A DNA stretch of 64,000 nucleotides from the NCBI GenBank assembly GCA_000182565.2, contig KQ257454.1; one strand, written 5' to 3'. Of the stretch, positions 1 through 12,766 are shown one piece after another (within the stretch, counting starts at the first letter, position 1; every line of letters starts with the position of its first letter). The notes under the pieces were generated by a model, which saw only the letters and a list, made by a program, of their open reading frames with translations, was not told where the DNA came from and did not search any database. The translations under genes and the position numbers were made by a program. This DNA comes from Spizellomyces punctatus DAOM BR117 (taxonomy: Eukaryota).

Positions 1-542
1 CGTAAATTGAACATTACGTCCAATTGCCCTCGGAAATGATGATACAAGTGTGACACTCAAGTGTAGCGGACCATGCTGCCTTTGTCACTCAGATACACAC
101 AATCGCAAGCCCTTGGCACTGGACCAGATTTCTTGTAAAATATGTGTGGCGTGGAGGGAGAATCCCTGCCGCTGCGCAAGCACATTTTCAGCCGAGCGGA
201 GCTACCATCTGTCTTGCCAAGGGCTGGCCGTCTGAGCTTTCAAGGTATTGTCGACGTACCGAATCCAGGGACAGGGCAAGATCCAGGTGTTGACTAGGCT
301 ATCCAGTAACTGAAGACGGAGTTTAATAGCTACCATTGCAGCACAATAGAGAAACCTGCGGTAGAGCACAAAAATCATTCAAAGCCACGGACTCAGTAAT
401 AATTAGCACAATAAACAATGGACTTCTGTATTAATGTTTCCAGAGAAGAAATAGAGTATGTCTACGCCCAATTCGGAGACTAGAGAGGAGGAGTCTGGTC
501 CATTTCAAAGTGGTAACAGAACGTTGACGAACGTCGACCTCA

Positions 543-1734
543 TTAGGCTTCCATCGAAGTGGTATCTATTGGCAAGAACCAATTAAACCGTCAGTCAAAA
601 GCTAACACAAAAACGTAGCTAACGACTCGTCCGATACTCACAATCGTACTCAATCGTGGGCAACACGCTTGCGACAAACTTTAAAAACAACATCAGGTAC
701 TGGTCCACACGAAGCTCCTTGCCACCTTCCTCGGCCCCGCTGTCGACAAGCCGATCAATGATTTTTTTCATTACATTGGCATGTTTGCAAGGGTGGATGG
801 AGGCCATAGAAACAAGCTCGTGCGGGTGAGGTTCGATTGTAACGGTCTTTTGCGCGTGGTCCTGGGAAATGTCTTCAAATATTTGGCTAGAGGTAAGTGG
901 CCGCCGTTGTTCGTCGTACCCAAACAGCCAGACGCGTGGCGTTTGGTAATATTTGTCATAGGTTATTGAGAGGTCATAAGTTCTAATTCGTGCATATAAG
1001 ATGAGGCAAGGTGAAGCACACTTTTGACTTGCCAGGCTTGATGCCGGCAGCAAGGGATGGTCTTACCGTGTTTTTAGAATCTTATCATTTGGTCCAGATC
1101 CTGTATTGTGGTTCTCGGGTGCTCTTCTTACTTCTGCAGAAGTTGGCAATGCCGCCGGGTCCTCCTCCTCCACCACACCCATCCCATCTTCTTCGTCCAT
1201 ATCTGGGATGTCATCAAAGTCTGGGATTTCCTCAGTCTCTGCATTAACCGCATCCGGAACCGGTGCTGCGGTACCCTTGTGAACGTCATCTATTCGCAAA
1301 TGTTTCATCTGGTCGTTCACAACCTCCGCATTCACATCATCTTGCTCCCCTTCTTCAATCTCGCCTATCACTAATTGGTCCTCGCCAGCCGCTTTTCCAT
1401 CTCTATTGGAATGGGTCGCCACCCATCCAAAATCCCCCTCGCCCTCGACTTCCATTTCGTCTTCATTGGCCACCTCGCCATACTCCTTTACACGTTGCAG
1501 AGAGGGGACATTACGGGTTATAAGGTATTGCTTATCTGCCGGGAGGTAGTCGCGGCGTTTGGACGGCTCGCCAGCAGCCCACGACCACGTGGGACACTTG
1601 TACACCAGGAAATCGCCTGCCAAGATAAATTCTTCGGGAGTTAAAACTCCCGTTTCTTTGAATTTCGATGTTTTGAGTATAGGATTCAGGTACTCGCGAG
1701 CAGAGTGAAAGAGTGAGTGAAACGTTGTCGTCAT
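543..1734 (-). CDS. ATG3: Autophagy E2-like conjugating enzyme Atg3 (3 exons)
   Basis: [48 protein letters not shown] and the catalytic SIHPCKHA motif. Introns at about 983-1066 and 566-641. Ends EYDYTTSMEA*. Confidence 0.97.
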
Positions 1735-2538
1735 GTTTTGAGGCCCACAGAAGCCGAAGAATTGGTTAGCCTGAAGATGTTCAAATGGTGCCAACGGTCT
1801 TTATGAATGTTGAAATAGGTTCAAAAAGCCTAAATGTCCTTAATACAAGCGCAGATCTCTCCGTCAAAGTTGGTATCTGCAATGTATCGTCAGCCATGCT
1901 GCTTGGGTCAGTCACCTGAATTAGTGTGGTTGGAATGTATATACCATGTCCATTGCCCATCAGTAATAGGAAAAGATATCGACTACGCTATCGTTCTCGC
2001 CTTTGCGAGTTCTTTAAAGTCAGAAGCAATATGTCAAATACGACGACGACAAGACTGGATCGCTGGGCGCTTGTTAATAGGACGATAGGGCCTACGGTGT
2101 TCACCACAACTGGACTCTGCATCGAATCAGGCCTTGCTTACGCGGTCCCGGACACGTGAACGCATCGACGGAATAATGGTCACCAACTCGGCCGTCCTGC
2201 ATGTGTGCTTCTCCTAATCAAAACTTTGGACAACGACAAGACTGGCCAACCTTGATAACAGACGCACTGGACAGTGGTGTTTTGGAGCTCTCCTTGTGGT
2301 TAGTAAGATGTCTAGTCGCTTTCTTACTATTTTTACGAGCTCTTACCTTCTGCCAGACGGAGACTTTGTTACGCTTTGCCGTTCCTGGACTGCCTGGGAT
2401 TTCTAGACTGACCCGTCGTCGAAATAGCTGTTCATAACCGTATTTCAGACTATAGTCCTTGCTTGAGCTCCTACCAGCTTACTGCAAGTCTCCTTGCACC
2501 GTCTTGCGGTTCCCGAACCAGCCCCAGGAACTCTCAAA

Positions 2539-2935
2539 ATGTCGATAAAAAAGATGCCGGCACCTGCCATCCGCTCGTTGGCTTGGAAGTACTTTATAGG
2601 AGGCTTCCTCTGTCTACCATGGTTATGGTTGGTCAATTTTATCTATGTGTATCCTGAAACAAAGCGAAGAAAAGACTTGGACAAGACGGTTCGGCATTGT
2701 ACGTTTGTGCATACGAATGCATATGTATTGTGGATTGTCATGTACTGATTTTTATTTTCCCTGCACCTTCCTCTGGTATGGTTATAATGGCCAATCAGTG
2801 ACGCTTGCATCTCTAGCAGGATCAGTCTTTTTCCTGTGTGCTATTATAGTTTGGCTCTCTGTCTTCCTAACGCAACGAACAAAATGGGGCAATGCCGGAG
2901 ATCGCATATCGATGAACGTGCCGCTGGGCATGTAA
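2539..2935 (+). CDS. PSENEN: Gamma-secretase subunit PEN-2 (presenilin enhancer 2)
   Basis: About 100 aa with KYFIGGFLCLPWLWLVNF and C-terminal RTKWGNAGDRISMNVPLG, both typical of PEN-2. One intron at about 2699-2798. Confidence 0.9.
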
Positions 2936-3071
2936 AGGTCGTTGATATTGTACATAGATTGGGGCTGGGATTTGTATTTAATAAGTCAAATATGTGCATA
3001 CCACTGCAGTGCTACCACCAGTTCTTAGTGTTTTGCTGGGCGTTTTAGCCACGCAAATGATGATATTGCTG

Positions 3072-3410
3072 TCAGGCATATGATTTATTGATATCGCGCG
3101 AGGGCTTCAGATGAAGTCGGAAGTCTCTGGCATTTTCGTGTGGATGGACACAAAATGAAGGGATATACCTTCGATCGGCTTCTTGAAAAATCTCAGGTAC
3201 ACTTAGATACTCTCTTTCATTAAAAGTCGCCCATTGTTTTCCATGACTCCAGGATGAGTGCGCTGGTACAGGCACTTCACTCTCCGGGCAGCGGAGGCCC
3301 GTCCATTTGTTACGGGATGCTACCACTGCAATGGGAAAAATGGTGTCATATCTTTCAATTTTATCATATAAGTAGATTACTCTTGGCTCGTATGGTGGTG
3401 GTAGTGCCAT
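3072..3410 (-). CDS. Hypothetical 112-aa protein
   Basis: Intact ATG-to-stop ORF filling the gap between PEN-2 and the DUF1294 gene, head-to-head with the latter. No family recognised. Confidence 0.5.
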   Translation of the reverse strand: MALPPPYEPRVIYLYDKIERYDTIFPIAVVASRNKWTGLRCPESEVPVPAHSSWSHGKQWATFNEREYLSVPEIFQEADRRYIPSFCVHPHENARDFRLHLKPSRDINKSYA

Positions 3411-3604
3411 ATGCTTGCTTTTGAGGAGTTGCTGCGTTTCTACTTTGCATACTCTTCGCGAGCAAGCTAGTCAAAAGTCGCCAGCCAAAAGCCGTGCTGA
3501 CCAAACGTTGATCTCATTTATCCACAAAAGGGTAGATTATGGAGACTTTTGTTGTTTCCGACTCTGCTTTCAACTTTGCGTTTACCTTTTAGCGATCTTC
3601 AACA

Positions 3605-4158
3605 ATGCTCCGACAGCTACTTTCCAGAACTTCCACCCGACCTAACGGCGTCACTCGGTATACCTCCTTCCACACATCACGCAATACGCGCGCTTACAAC
3701 CGTCCTCGTCACCATTCCAACCAGCACATACAACCACCAGAAGACGCTCCACCACGCATCCTCCTCTATATCGTCGGGGGTTATTTTGCTGTTATAAATG
3801 CTGGTGCGGTCGGCCTTTTTTGGTATGACAAGAACCAAGCCCTCAAACGTGGGTGGCGTGTGCCAGAAAAGCAGCTGCAGTTGACGGCGTTACTTGGCGG
3901 CTGGGTGGGTGGATTATGGGCAATGAAAACGTTCAGGCATAAGACGGTGAAGCAGAGCTTTCAGCAACCTTATCTGGTAAGTATTGTATCTCAGGATTGT
4001 GGGATATTTCTTGTATAGCGTCTAAGACTTTCTATCAGTTATGCATGGCAGGCAACATTGTCGCGTGTGTTGGTGGGATCGCGGCTTGGAGATTCAACCC
4101 CAGTTTTAGAACGGCAGTAATCAAAAGTTTGGGCCGACAATCTGCTCACATCCGATGA
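3605..4158 (+). CDS. DUF1294 (YsdA-like) small membrane protein with a probable mitochondrial presequence
   Basis: YDKNQALKRGWRVPEKQLQLTALLGGWVGGLWAMKTFRHKTVKQSF matches the DUF1294 pattern (DK..A....WR.PE..L...GG..G...FRHKT.K..F). Arg/Ser/Thr-rich N-terminus. One intron at about 3977-4038. Confidence 0.85.
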
Positions 4159-4606
4159 AATTGGACTGGTGGCTATGGAGATTGATAACATATCGGCAGA
4201 ATACTCGGCAGAGCAATAGTATATTAATAGTGTTAATACAAATTCAACATCGATGAAAGGCATGTCAAATCTGAACCTAGTCTACATCCCGTTGTTGCAG
4301 AATATCCATTGCAATGGTGTGCGTTCAGGTTTCTCCAACGCTCAAGTCGCCTTTCATTCGACCAAAATGACATGATGATCGATTGGTTGTACGTTTGCCG
4401 CGGGTGCTCCTCCAAAACGAGCAAAAAACATGCATCTCCAGCAAATAGCGAGATAGTCACATACGCCCTGCATATGTACCCAACATGGCACACAGACCCA
4501 CTACTGCCAATCTTCTGTAATCCCATCCAGAGTCACTCCGGCGGCCACCCGCCATCGCCTTGTATGTCATGTGATGAAATGTAAATGTGCCCAGCTAGTT
4601 TTCGCT

Positions 4607-5471
4607 CTAATACGACAATAGTTTGTTGGGATCCACTAGCTTCCTAGCCATATGTGCGACCTTTATACCGCAACTAGACTGTTCCCAATGTTTCATGACT
4701 GCAGATAGCACTTTGAATCGCATGTCGCAATTGGCGCATCGGTAGTCGGCAGGCTCATGCGACACAAGATGACCATTGAGGGCTCTAAGAGTAGAAAACT
4801 CACGGTAGCACATGGCACACTCATAAGCGGAGCCGTTCCAACTGCGTTCGGTGGCATACTGAGGTACATCGATATCACTGGGGCCATTCGTAATGCGAGG
4901 AACGAGGAGGCTTCCTTGTAAATTGAGCTGCCTTTCCCTTTCTGAAAGCAAGTGATCTCGAGTTAATATGGCATCATAGTCTCCGACCGAAGCTGCGTAA
5001 CATACTTTGAACAAATTGCTTCACTTGCTTACGTCCGAAGCGCTGCTGGGTACAGACGCCACTCTCAACGTGTCCAGTCAGTGCCGACAAGGTGCTGAAA
5101 GACTTGTTGCAGAAGGGGCACACGTTAGTCTTTGGCCTGTGAACACTGCTTTGCTGATGCTGAACGCGAGAGTGGACGCTGCCAAAGAGTTGTCCACAAA
5201 TGGAACAATGCAGTTCGACATGATCTTCCAGGTCGGACGCATATGAATACTGTTTATCGCAGTACCGACAAACATGGGTGTGTTTGTCCTGTCTGTGGTT
5301 CTGCAGGGCTCGGGAAGAATTGAACGTACGATTGCAATCGTTGCAAGGGAAGGTGTGCACGGTATTCCAGTGCTGCTCACGAGCGCGCCAGTCTACAAAG
5401 TACCGGCCACATTTCTCACAGTATCTATCGTCGTCGTCATCCTCTGAGGAAGAGTAAGAGTAGTAACTCAT
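4607..5471 (-). CDS. Multi-C2H2 zinc-finger protein (2 exons)
   Basis: Repeated CxxC...H...H units. An intron at 4942-5005 (GTATGT..TTCAG) joins ORFs 4974-5471 and 4607-5014 in frame. Confidence 0.88.
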
Positions 5472-5812
5472 TGACGTTGACGGTGCCGCAAATTCCTTGC
5501 TCGCCGAGCGAATGAGTCATGGTCCTCAAACCACATTATATCACGTGCTATGGTTCTGTCACCACTCGAATGCAGAGTCAAATCGAGCATTGGATCTGCA
5601 ACTGAAAGCAACTGGACGTACGTAACAACGGAAGCAGCAGTCGTGCGGGGAGGACGACCAACGGCGACAAAGTTCTTTGGAAAACTACGAGCAAACTTGC
5701 TGGGACTACTACTCGTTGGGTTCTGTGCGGCACGTCTCCCAAAAGCCACGGCTTACCGTGACATTCTCTTGTCATCCCATCACGTTTCTCCCCTGTGATC
5801 TCGCTATCCACA

Positions 5813-7247
5813 ATGAGCTTTGGTCTAGGTTCAACCGTAGCTGCGACCCAAAATAAGGACGTAGAGGTAAATATTAATATCTAATAGGCGCGTGTACGCT
5901 TCCCAATAGAGTGCTCACTATTTTTTTTTTGCAGCTCCCACAACCGCCGAGTGATAGTGTGTCCGAGCTTTCCTTTTCTCCCAAGGCCAACTATATTGCC
6001 GCTAGTGCCTGGGATAATCAAACCCGGATCTGGGAGATTGGACCAAATGGTCAGAGTATACCTAAAGCTGCAATACAGCATGAGGCGCCAGCTCTTTGTG
6101 TGGATTGGTCACTGGTAGGTTCTCAAGATTGGTTTCTTGATGGAACCCGTTGCGGCTAGCATGACCTGGCCTGATCTTGCACTATGGCTAATTTTTGTGA
6201 CGCGTAGGACGGCACCAAAGTGCTTTCAGGAGGGTGTGATAAAGCTGGTCGTATGCTAGATGTCACCACTGGACAACAGGCCCAGGTAGCCGTTCACGAT
6301 GCACCTATTCGAAGCTGTCGATTTGTCGAGGGTCCGGGCAATGCTCAGTTGGCTGTCACAGGTAGTTGGGACAAAACAGTTCGGGTACGTATGTTGGTAA
6401 ATTGTTATTTTGACGAGAAGCCTCTAATAACAGTGCGATCTCAACCTCCATGATGTTGTTTTGGGGCAATAGTTTTGGGATCTCAGGCAACAAAATCCAG
6501 TACATGTCTATCAATTGGGGGAGCGGTGCTACGTGATGGATTCATCAGGTCCTTTGTTGGTGATTGGCTCGGCGGACCGAAAACTGCACGTGTTTGACAT
6601 GAACAATCCCTCGACGCCTTTCAGAGTAAGAGCCCCTCGTTCGTACGCACGATCGCTTGAATGACTCTGGAGATGCTAATGGATGTCTTTTCCAGGTGAT
6701 TGATTCTCCATTAAAATTCCAGACTAGAAGTATTGGATGCTTCACAGTCTCATCGAGTCCAGGGTTCTGCGTTGGGTCCATTGAAGGAAGATGTCAAATT
6801 CAATATATTGAAGAGAAGCAATTGTAAGTGGCCGAGTGATCTTGTACCTGTAGTAAATCTCCATGAACTATTTACTTATGCCGCCCTCTGCGCAGGAGTT
6901 CCTCCTTCTCATTCAAATGTCACAGAGTAGACAAAGAAGTGTACAGCCTCAACGCCATATCCTTCCATCCTACCTTTGGCACGTTTTCTACCGCCGGATC
7001 AGACGGAACCATTAACTTTTGGGATAAGGAGTCAAAGCAAAGGTTGAAAGCGTTCCCGTCTGTAGGATTCCCCATCACCAGCACTGCGTTCAATGCTGAC
7101 GGTAGCATTTTCGCGTATTCCATCGGTTATGATTGGCATAAGGGATATCAGGAGCACCGCCCGGGGAGCAAGGTTGCTATTATGCTTCAGTCGGTGAATC
7201 CAAATGACATAAAGCCAAAACCCGCTGGTATAAAAACCAAACGGTAA
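5813..7247 (+). CDS. RAE1: mRNA export factor Rae1/Gle2 (WD40)
   Basis: PPSDSVSELSFSP, VTGSWDKTV, SPLKFQTR, GSIEGR, YSLNAISFHPTFGTFSTAGSDG and FAYSIGYDWHKG. Multi-exon. Confidence 0.93.
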
Positions 7248-7406
7248 ACTTGGGAAAGGGATGAGCGACGAGATGGAACTTTCATTACGGCAAATATGTA
7301 TTGTATGGAAAGAACTATGTACAGAAACCGGTAGAATATTGCGGTGGACAAAATGATTGCGTGTACAATGCTTTAAATTGCGTTGCCGCTTGACCTTTTT
7401 GTTTTT

Positions 7407-10400
7407 TTACCTCGCAAATGCATCACTTTCAACCCCAATACCACCACCACCACCACCAGAAATTTTCGTCGATACCCGATCGCCTTTTTTCTGCTGGTGT
7501 TGTTTCTTTGCCTCATAGTATTTTTTCTTTAGATCTTGCAGGTTCCTGTTGAGTACCTCTATCTGGTACTTGTATTCGTTGACTTGAGAGTGGTACATGT
7601 TTAGCTCCGATGCTAGGGCCTTGGATATTTTTTTGTTAGATTATTGTGAATAGATTTTGATACAGACAGCACACATGTAGGTATATTTACCTTTGATTCC
7701 CGAACTTTGGTCCTAACTGCCTCTCTGACTACTCGCAACTCTTCCGCGACTTCCGGCCCAGGCTGTCTCTGCAACACTTCCTTGATCTCTTTGTACAGTT
7801 TTTCTTTTTGATGTATAATCAACTCTTTTTCCACCACCTGCTCCGTTTTGGCCAACAACCGCTTCTGGAGGGTTTGAATTTTCGTGACGAGTTCAAATGT
7901 GGAGGGATCTGATCCGGCCAGTTTCCGCCATCGATGAATGTTGAGTGGGGACGCCAATTCCTCTTCAAGAATCTTGACACGGGTACGTTCCCGGAGGACG
8001 TCACGTTGAAGTCTAAAGATTTCTGAACGAAGTCCGTCGAGATTTTGGGTTTCGACTTGTAGTATGGCCTTTTCGCGACGGAGTTTTTTGATTTCGAGTT
8101 TGCAGACTCGGATGTCTTGCAGGCGTTCACGGTATTGAAGTTCGCCTTTGTGGAGGGTTGAGGTTTGGATTTTGATTTTTTCATAAAGAAGGGAGAGTTC
8201 ATCGTTCCGACGGATGAGTTGGGTACCCAGAATGTCTCGCTCTTGGATGAGGGTTTCATAGTCTTTCTTTTGGCGGAGTCGGTCAGCATCCGCTGTTGAT
8301 ATAATGTGACGGAGTTTGTTTTCTTCGGATTGCTATGGTCGTTCGGGTGCATGAGGACATGGGGAGTAAAGTGCGCTCAATGAGATGATGGTTTACCTGG
8401 TTTTGGATCATTTGCTGGGCATCTTCATATTGTTGTTGAAGCTTGCCAATTTGGACTGATAGTGCCTCCTTCTCTTTTTCCAGTTTGGAGTGCTCAAAGT
8501 GTTCTTTAACGAGTGCTGGTTTATTGTACAGGTGTTAGCCAATTCAACTAAAACTCATCAGCGTTCTCATCCATGTGTGGTAAAGATGCTCACCAGCTTC
8601 TTTATTGGCAATCTCCTCTTTGAGCTGCTCGATCTGGTGTGTCATGATCTTGAGTTTTCGCTTCATTTCGGTGATTTCGTCTTGGGTCTCCACAAGGTTT
8701 TTGGAGTAAAGATTACGGTCCGCCCGAACGTTTTCGTAAAGCGTCTAGATTTGGTATTTCAATTAGTATGTGAATACCCACAATCTTGTCAATCCACAAG
8801 TCTTGCAAACCTGCTGTTCCTTCAATTTCCGTTCCAAGTCTCCAATCTTCTTTCGACAATCAAATAGCATCATCTCCCCAATTTTGACTTCTTCCTCCTT
8901 GCCCACCAGTTCCAAGCGAACTTTGCCAGCCTCATTGATATGTCTATCCCGATCTTTTTCCAGGGAGTAAATGAGTTTGCGCATCTTGGCGGCTTCGTCC
9001 TTGTATCCCATGATTTCTTGTTCAAGATTCCGTTTGGTCTGATCGGCGAGCTTGACGATGGTGACTTGTTTTTGGGTTGCCCCCGTGGCCTTTACGAAGT
9101 TCTTTTGCGCAATGTCACGTTCGCGGCTGAGAGAGTCGAGAGTTTTGTGGAGTTGGTCTAGGTCACGGCGGGCTGCTTCGAGGTCGTGAGAGAGGCCGTG
9201 ATTGGCACCCTGTTGAAAGCCAGGGTGTGTGAGGTTTTTAATATTTTTCATCAGAAGAGCGCTCGATAGAACGTACCTTTAATTGATCTCGTTCGACTTC
9301 AGCTTCCAATTTCGCTTCCTCAATAGCCTTGATCCTCTTTTGCAGCGCATCCCGAACCCTCGCCACGCTTCGATACTCCTCCTTGTACTTTGTCAATTCC
9401 TCTTCCCAGCTCTTAATCTCCCCTGTCTGCTGCTGATTCTCACTCAAAAGTCGTGTGGTTGTCAAAACTTGCTCATCATACTCCTGCTGTAACCGGCCCA
9501 ATCGTGCATTCATGTTTTCCTTGTCCTTTTCGCCCTTTTCGATCTTGGTGCGCTCCTCCTTGAGTGCCACTTCCAACTTTTGAATGGTTTCACGGAGCGC
9601 TTTGAGCTCGCCAACTTTGGTCGCCACGAGATCATCTTTTTTGCTGCACGTATCGACTGTTTGCTTGAGAACAAGTTCCAGTTTTTCTCGGGCACGGGCT
9701 TCGCGGTCTAGTTCAGATTTCTTTGTCGCGAGGAGGTCTTTGAGGGTGAGGAGTTCATGGTCGAGGGTGCCGCGCTCAGATACAAGGCGCTCGACTTTTG
9801 TTTGCAGGTCATCGTTCTCAGTGCGGACGTGCTGCGTTTCGGCTATGGTATCTTCATATTGCTTTTGTAGAGCCTCTTTAGCCTTTTGGCATTTATTGAA
9901 AGAGAAAAGGTATCCTTTGTTTACATTCTATTCTCATGCCGCACAACATCATAAGGCCAAACGTTACCTCTGTTAATTGCCGAATCTGTTCATCTTGCTG
10001 AATCTGAATTTCAATCAACTTGTCTCTTCCAAAATTGCTGTAGCCAGCTGCACCAGGCAATCCACCCGCCCCCGATGTCTCTGCCATCTGCTTTCTCAAC
10101 TGTTCCACCTCCGTTTTCAAATTTGCAATCGCATTCTTTGCTCTGTTTTCCTTCTCGGTGGAAACTTCAACCATTTTCCAGGCCTTTCGAACCTCTTTTT
10201 TGAGCGCGGTGATCTGGCTCCGATCATTCTGACTGAGTTTAAGAGCGGCCTGGACTTTGGCTGCATTAGAAGAGAGTTCGGACGCAAGGTCTTTGCATTT
10301 CTTTACGAGAGACTTTTCGTTTTTCCGAGACTGGAGGAAAAGCTTGTGGAGCTTGTCATATTCGTTTCTTAGCCGGAGAAAGTTGGGATCTGCACCGGGC

Positions 10401-10858
10401 TGGCCGGGTATGGAAGGCTGGGCGGAAATAAAATCAAGGGTATTTTGGAGCTCGGCCATCATGGCGGATTCGGCTTCGGTTTCGACGGGTTGGGATTCGT
10501 CTTCCGTGGTAGTTGGTTGTGCAGGTGGGAAGGTATCTGACGAATCCTCGAGTTCCCCGGTTTTTTGAATGACTTCATCGCCGGCATTCTTGGATGTGTC
10601 AATGATCGATCCCAGAATGGATCGAGCAGTTTCGGTTCTCTGTTCTTCATCTTCTTCCTCCTGATCCACTTCACTTTCAAGATCTTGTTCGCTTAGAGGC
10701 TGGTCGTCGTCATCGCCATCTTCGCCCTCACCGGGAGCATCGGTCTCTTGGACTGCATGGAGGGATTCTGTTGTTGAGGGCTCATGCTCCTCGGTTACAC
10801 CTACGTTCAACGATTCACTTTCTTCTTCCCCCACTTCATCGTCAAAATGATCCGACAT
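7407..10858 (-). CDS. CFAP58: Cilia- and flagella-associated coiled-coil protein 58
   Basis: ERDILGTQLIRRNDELSLLYEKIKI, PLNIHRWRKLAGSDP, LQRQPGPEVAE, and N-terminal LRNEYDKLHKLFLQSRKNEKSLVKKCKDL. Multi-exon coiled coil. Confidence 0.88.
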
Positions 10859-11419
10859 TTGTAGTGTATTTTGGGCACTCCTTGTGTATGTAGCGAGTTA
10901 AAATCCTAGTGTGCACCCAGATTTCCAAATCCGATTATCTAATCCAGGGCAAATGATCCCAAGCACCAGACATGCTCTATCTCCGTCGGATATATTGGAA
11001 AGGGGATTTAAAGGAATATGGTTTTACTCAGATCCTGGTTTAGATTGATTGCAAGTAAGTTTGGTATAGCTTGAGGAGAAAATGGTCCAGTCTGGCTGAC
11101 GGAATCAGCGACTCCGACCGACGCGGCTTTTTTACCCAACGACACACAGATCAGAGATTTACAAAATGAACAAGAACGCTGTAGAGCCAATTCCAAAAGC
11201 CACAGGGTATATTCAAAAGACGGAAAGAAACTAAAGATATGATACATACATAATTTATACAGACAACTCCACAACACTACATGCACCCAGGTTGCGACAA
11301 CCAAATCCTAAAATCATCTGGGTTTGAAAAATATCCGTGCCAGATAAAACAGAAATGATGAAACAAGATCTATAGGAAGACTACATGAAAAGATGAAGGA
11401 AGACGGCATCAATCAGAGC

Positions 11420-12766
11420 TTAGCGCCTTCTTTTAGAGGATGATCCTCGCCGCGTTGAGGACCGTCTGGGTCCCGCTGCCGATTGCACCTCCCCGCCCGA
11501 TTTCAACCTCGCTTGCAAATACCACGGCAGCTTCATTTCCTCATCAGGATGCGCATTAATTCGATGTCGATTGCAATCGTATTTACGTGCAAATGTCTCG
11601 TGACACCATCGACAATGGAACGGTTTGAGTCCCTCGTGGACTTCGCCATAATGTGTTTTGAGGTTATATCGGCGGGCATGGGATGATGGACATTGCCGCC
11701 ATGGACAATGGAAGCGTTTGTCTCTTCCTTCGGGAAGTTTAATGATGTTGTTTGTGCGTTCATGTTTGGGGAGGGCTGAGGAGAAGAGCTGTTGTAGCTT
11801 TGGTATCGTGATGCTGTTTGAGTACATTGCGTTGAGGTCAATGTGATCCGGGTCGATGATGGAATCAGATTCGTTGTCATAGGAGGGTATGCGTGGGGAA
11901 AAGGTATCAATGCTCGTGGGTGCTGGTGAGGGAAGACTGCTGGATGACGTGTCGCTGTAAGAAGGCCTCCTTTGAGTTGCAGTGAAATGGCGTTCTGGTG
12001 TTGAATGGACGGGCGTCGATGGTGCTGGTGAGAGTGGTTGCACGTTTATTCCTTTATCAGTTGCGTGCCCGATGAGGATGGATGGTGTCCGCTCCAGTAC
12101 GGGTGTGGAAGGTTCGAGTTTTAGGATGGGACTGTCCCAAGAGGTGAATTGATTCTGGAGATCCTCAAGGGGCTGTATGAGCGGTGTCTGATCGGGCTCT
12201 TGCTTCAGTGTCCCTTGCAGTGTTCCTTGCTGTTGCTCTAGCTGTTGCATGGCACTCTCTTCTTGCTGCTGGTAGAGCGAGGCAAAGAGAGCGTCAACGT
12301 CCGCGGGATCAGGGTCCATTGGCAAGTGAGGCGAGCCAAATGCACTCTCCATTGTCGGGCTGGTGTCAGAAGTAAGAGCGGGAGGCGACGTGGCAGTCAA
12401 GAGCTCCTGAAGCGGGTCCGTTGGAGTAGGCGCACCGATATCCCAGTGTTGCACGTTGTCCACACCAAAGCTTTGAGGATCGAGAAATGTATCCCACTGC
12501 GAGAAATTATCCGCCGTGGCTGCGGGAGCATATGCATCAGGTATGTGAGAAGGGAACGACATGATCCAGTCCTGCAAGTAAAGAGGATCGAGCGACGACC
12601 ACTGGGGATCCGTTGCAGTGAGCGGGATGCCCGCAACGTTTCCTTCTTGCAATATCTTTTGGGTCGGGAGGTAGTCTCCTGCACTCGGATTCTCCAGCTC
12701 GAGATCCGGATCACCGGTGGAAGTATCTGGGTCAAACAAGACAAAGTCGGCGTTTCCGTTGTTCAT
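11420..12766 (-). CDS. C2H2 zinc-finger transcription factor, 448 aa, intronless
   Basis: Acidic, Gln- and Pro/Ser-rich N-terminus. Two C-terminal fingers: FHCPWRQCPSSHARRYNLKTHYGEVH, linker EGLKPF, then CRWCHETFARKYDCNRHRINAH. Basic tail. Confidence 0.88.
   Translation of the reverse strand: MNNGNADFVLFDPDTSTGDPDLELENPSAGDYLPTQKILQEGNVAGIPLTATDPQWSSLDPLYLQDWIMSFPSHIPDAYAPAATADNFSQWDTFLDPQSFGVDNVQHWDIGAPTPTDPLQELLTATSPPALTSDTSPTMESAFGSPHLPMDPDPADVDALFASLYQQQEESAMQQLEQQQGTLQGTLKQEPDQTPLIQPLEDLQNQFTSWDSPILKLEPSTPVLERTPSILIGHATDKGINVQPLSPAPSTPVHSTPERHFTATQRRPSYSDTSSSSLPSPAPTSIDTFSPRIPSYDNESDSIIDPDHIDLNAMYSNSITIPKLQQLFSSALPKHERTNNIIKLPEGRDKRFHCPWRQCPSSHARRYNLKTHYGEVHEGLKPFHCRWCHETFARKYDCNRHRINAHPDEEMKLPWYLQARLKSGGEVQSAAGPRRSSTRRGSSSKRRR

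Noticed and set aside
1-420. ORF 50..235 and a possible minus-strand exon near 260-336
   Set aside because: No recognisable family or consistent exon chain, and it is truncated by the window edge.
4942-5014. Apparent frameshift between the two zinc-finger ORFs
   Set aside because: Explained by a canonical 64-nt intron.
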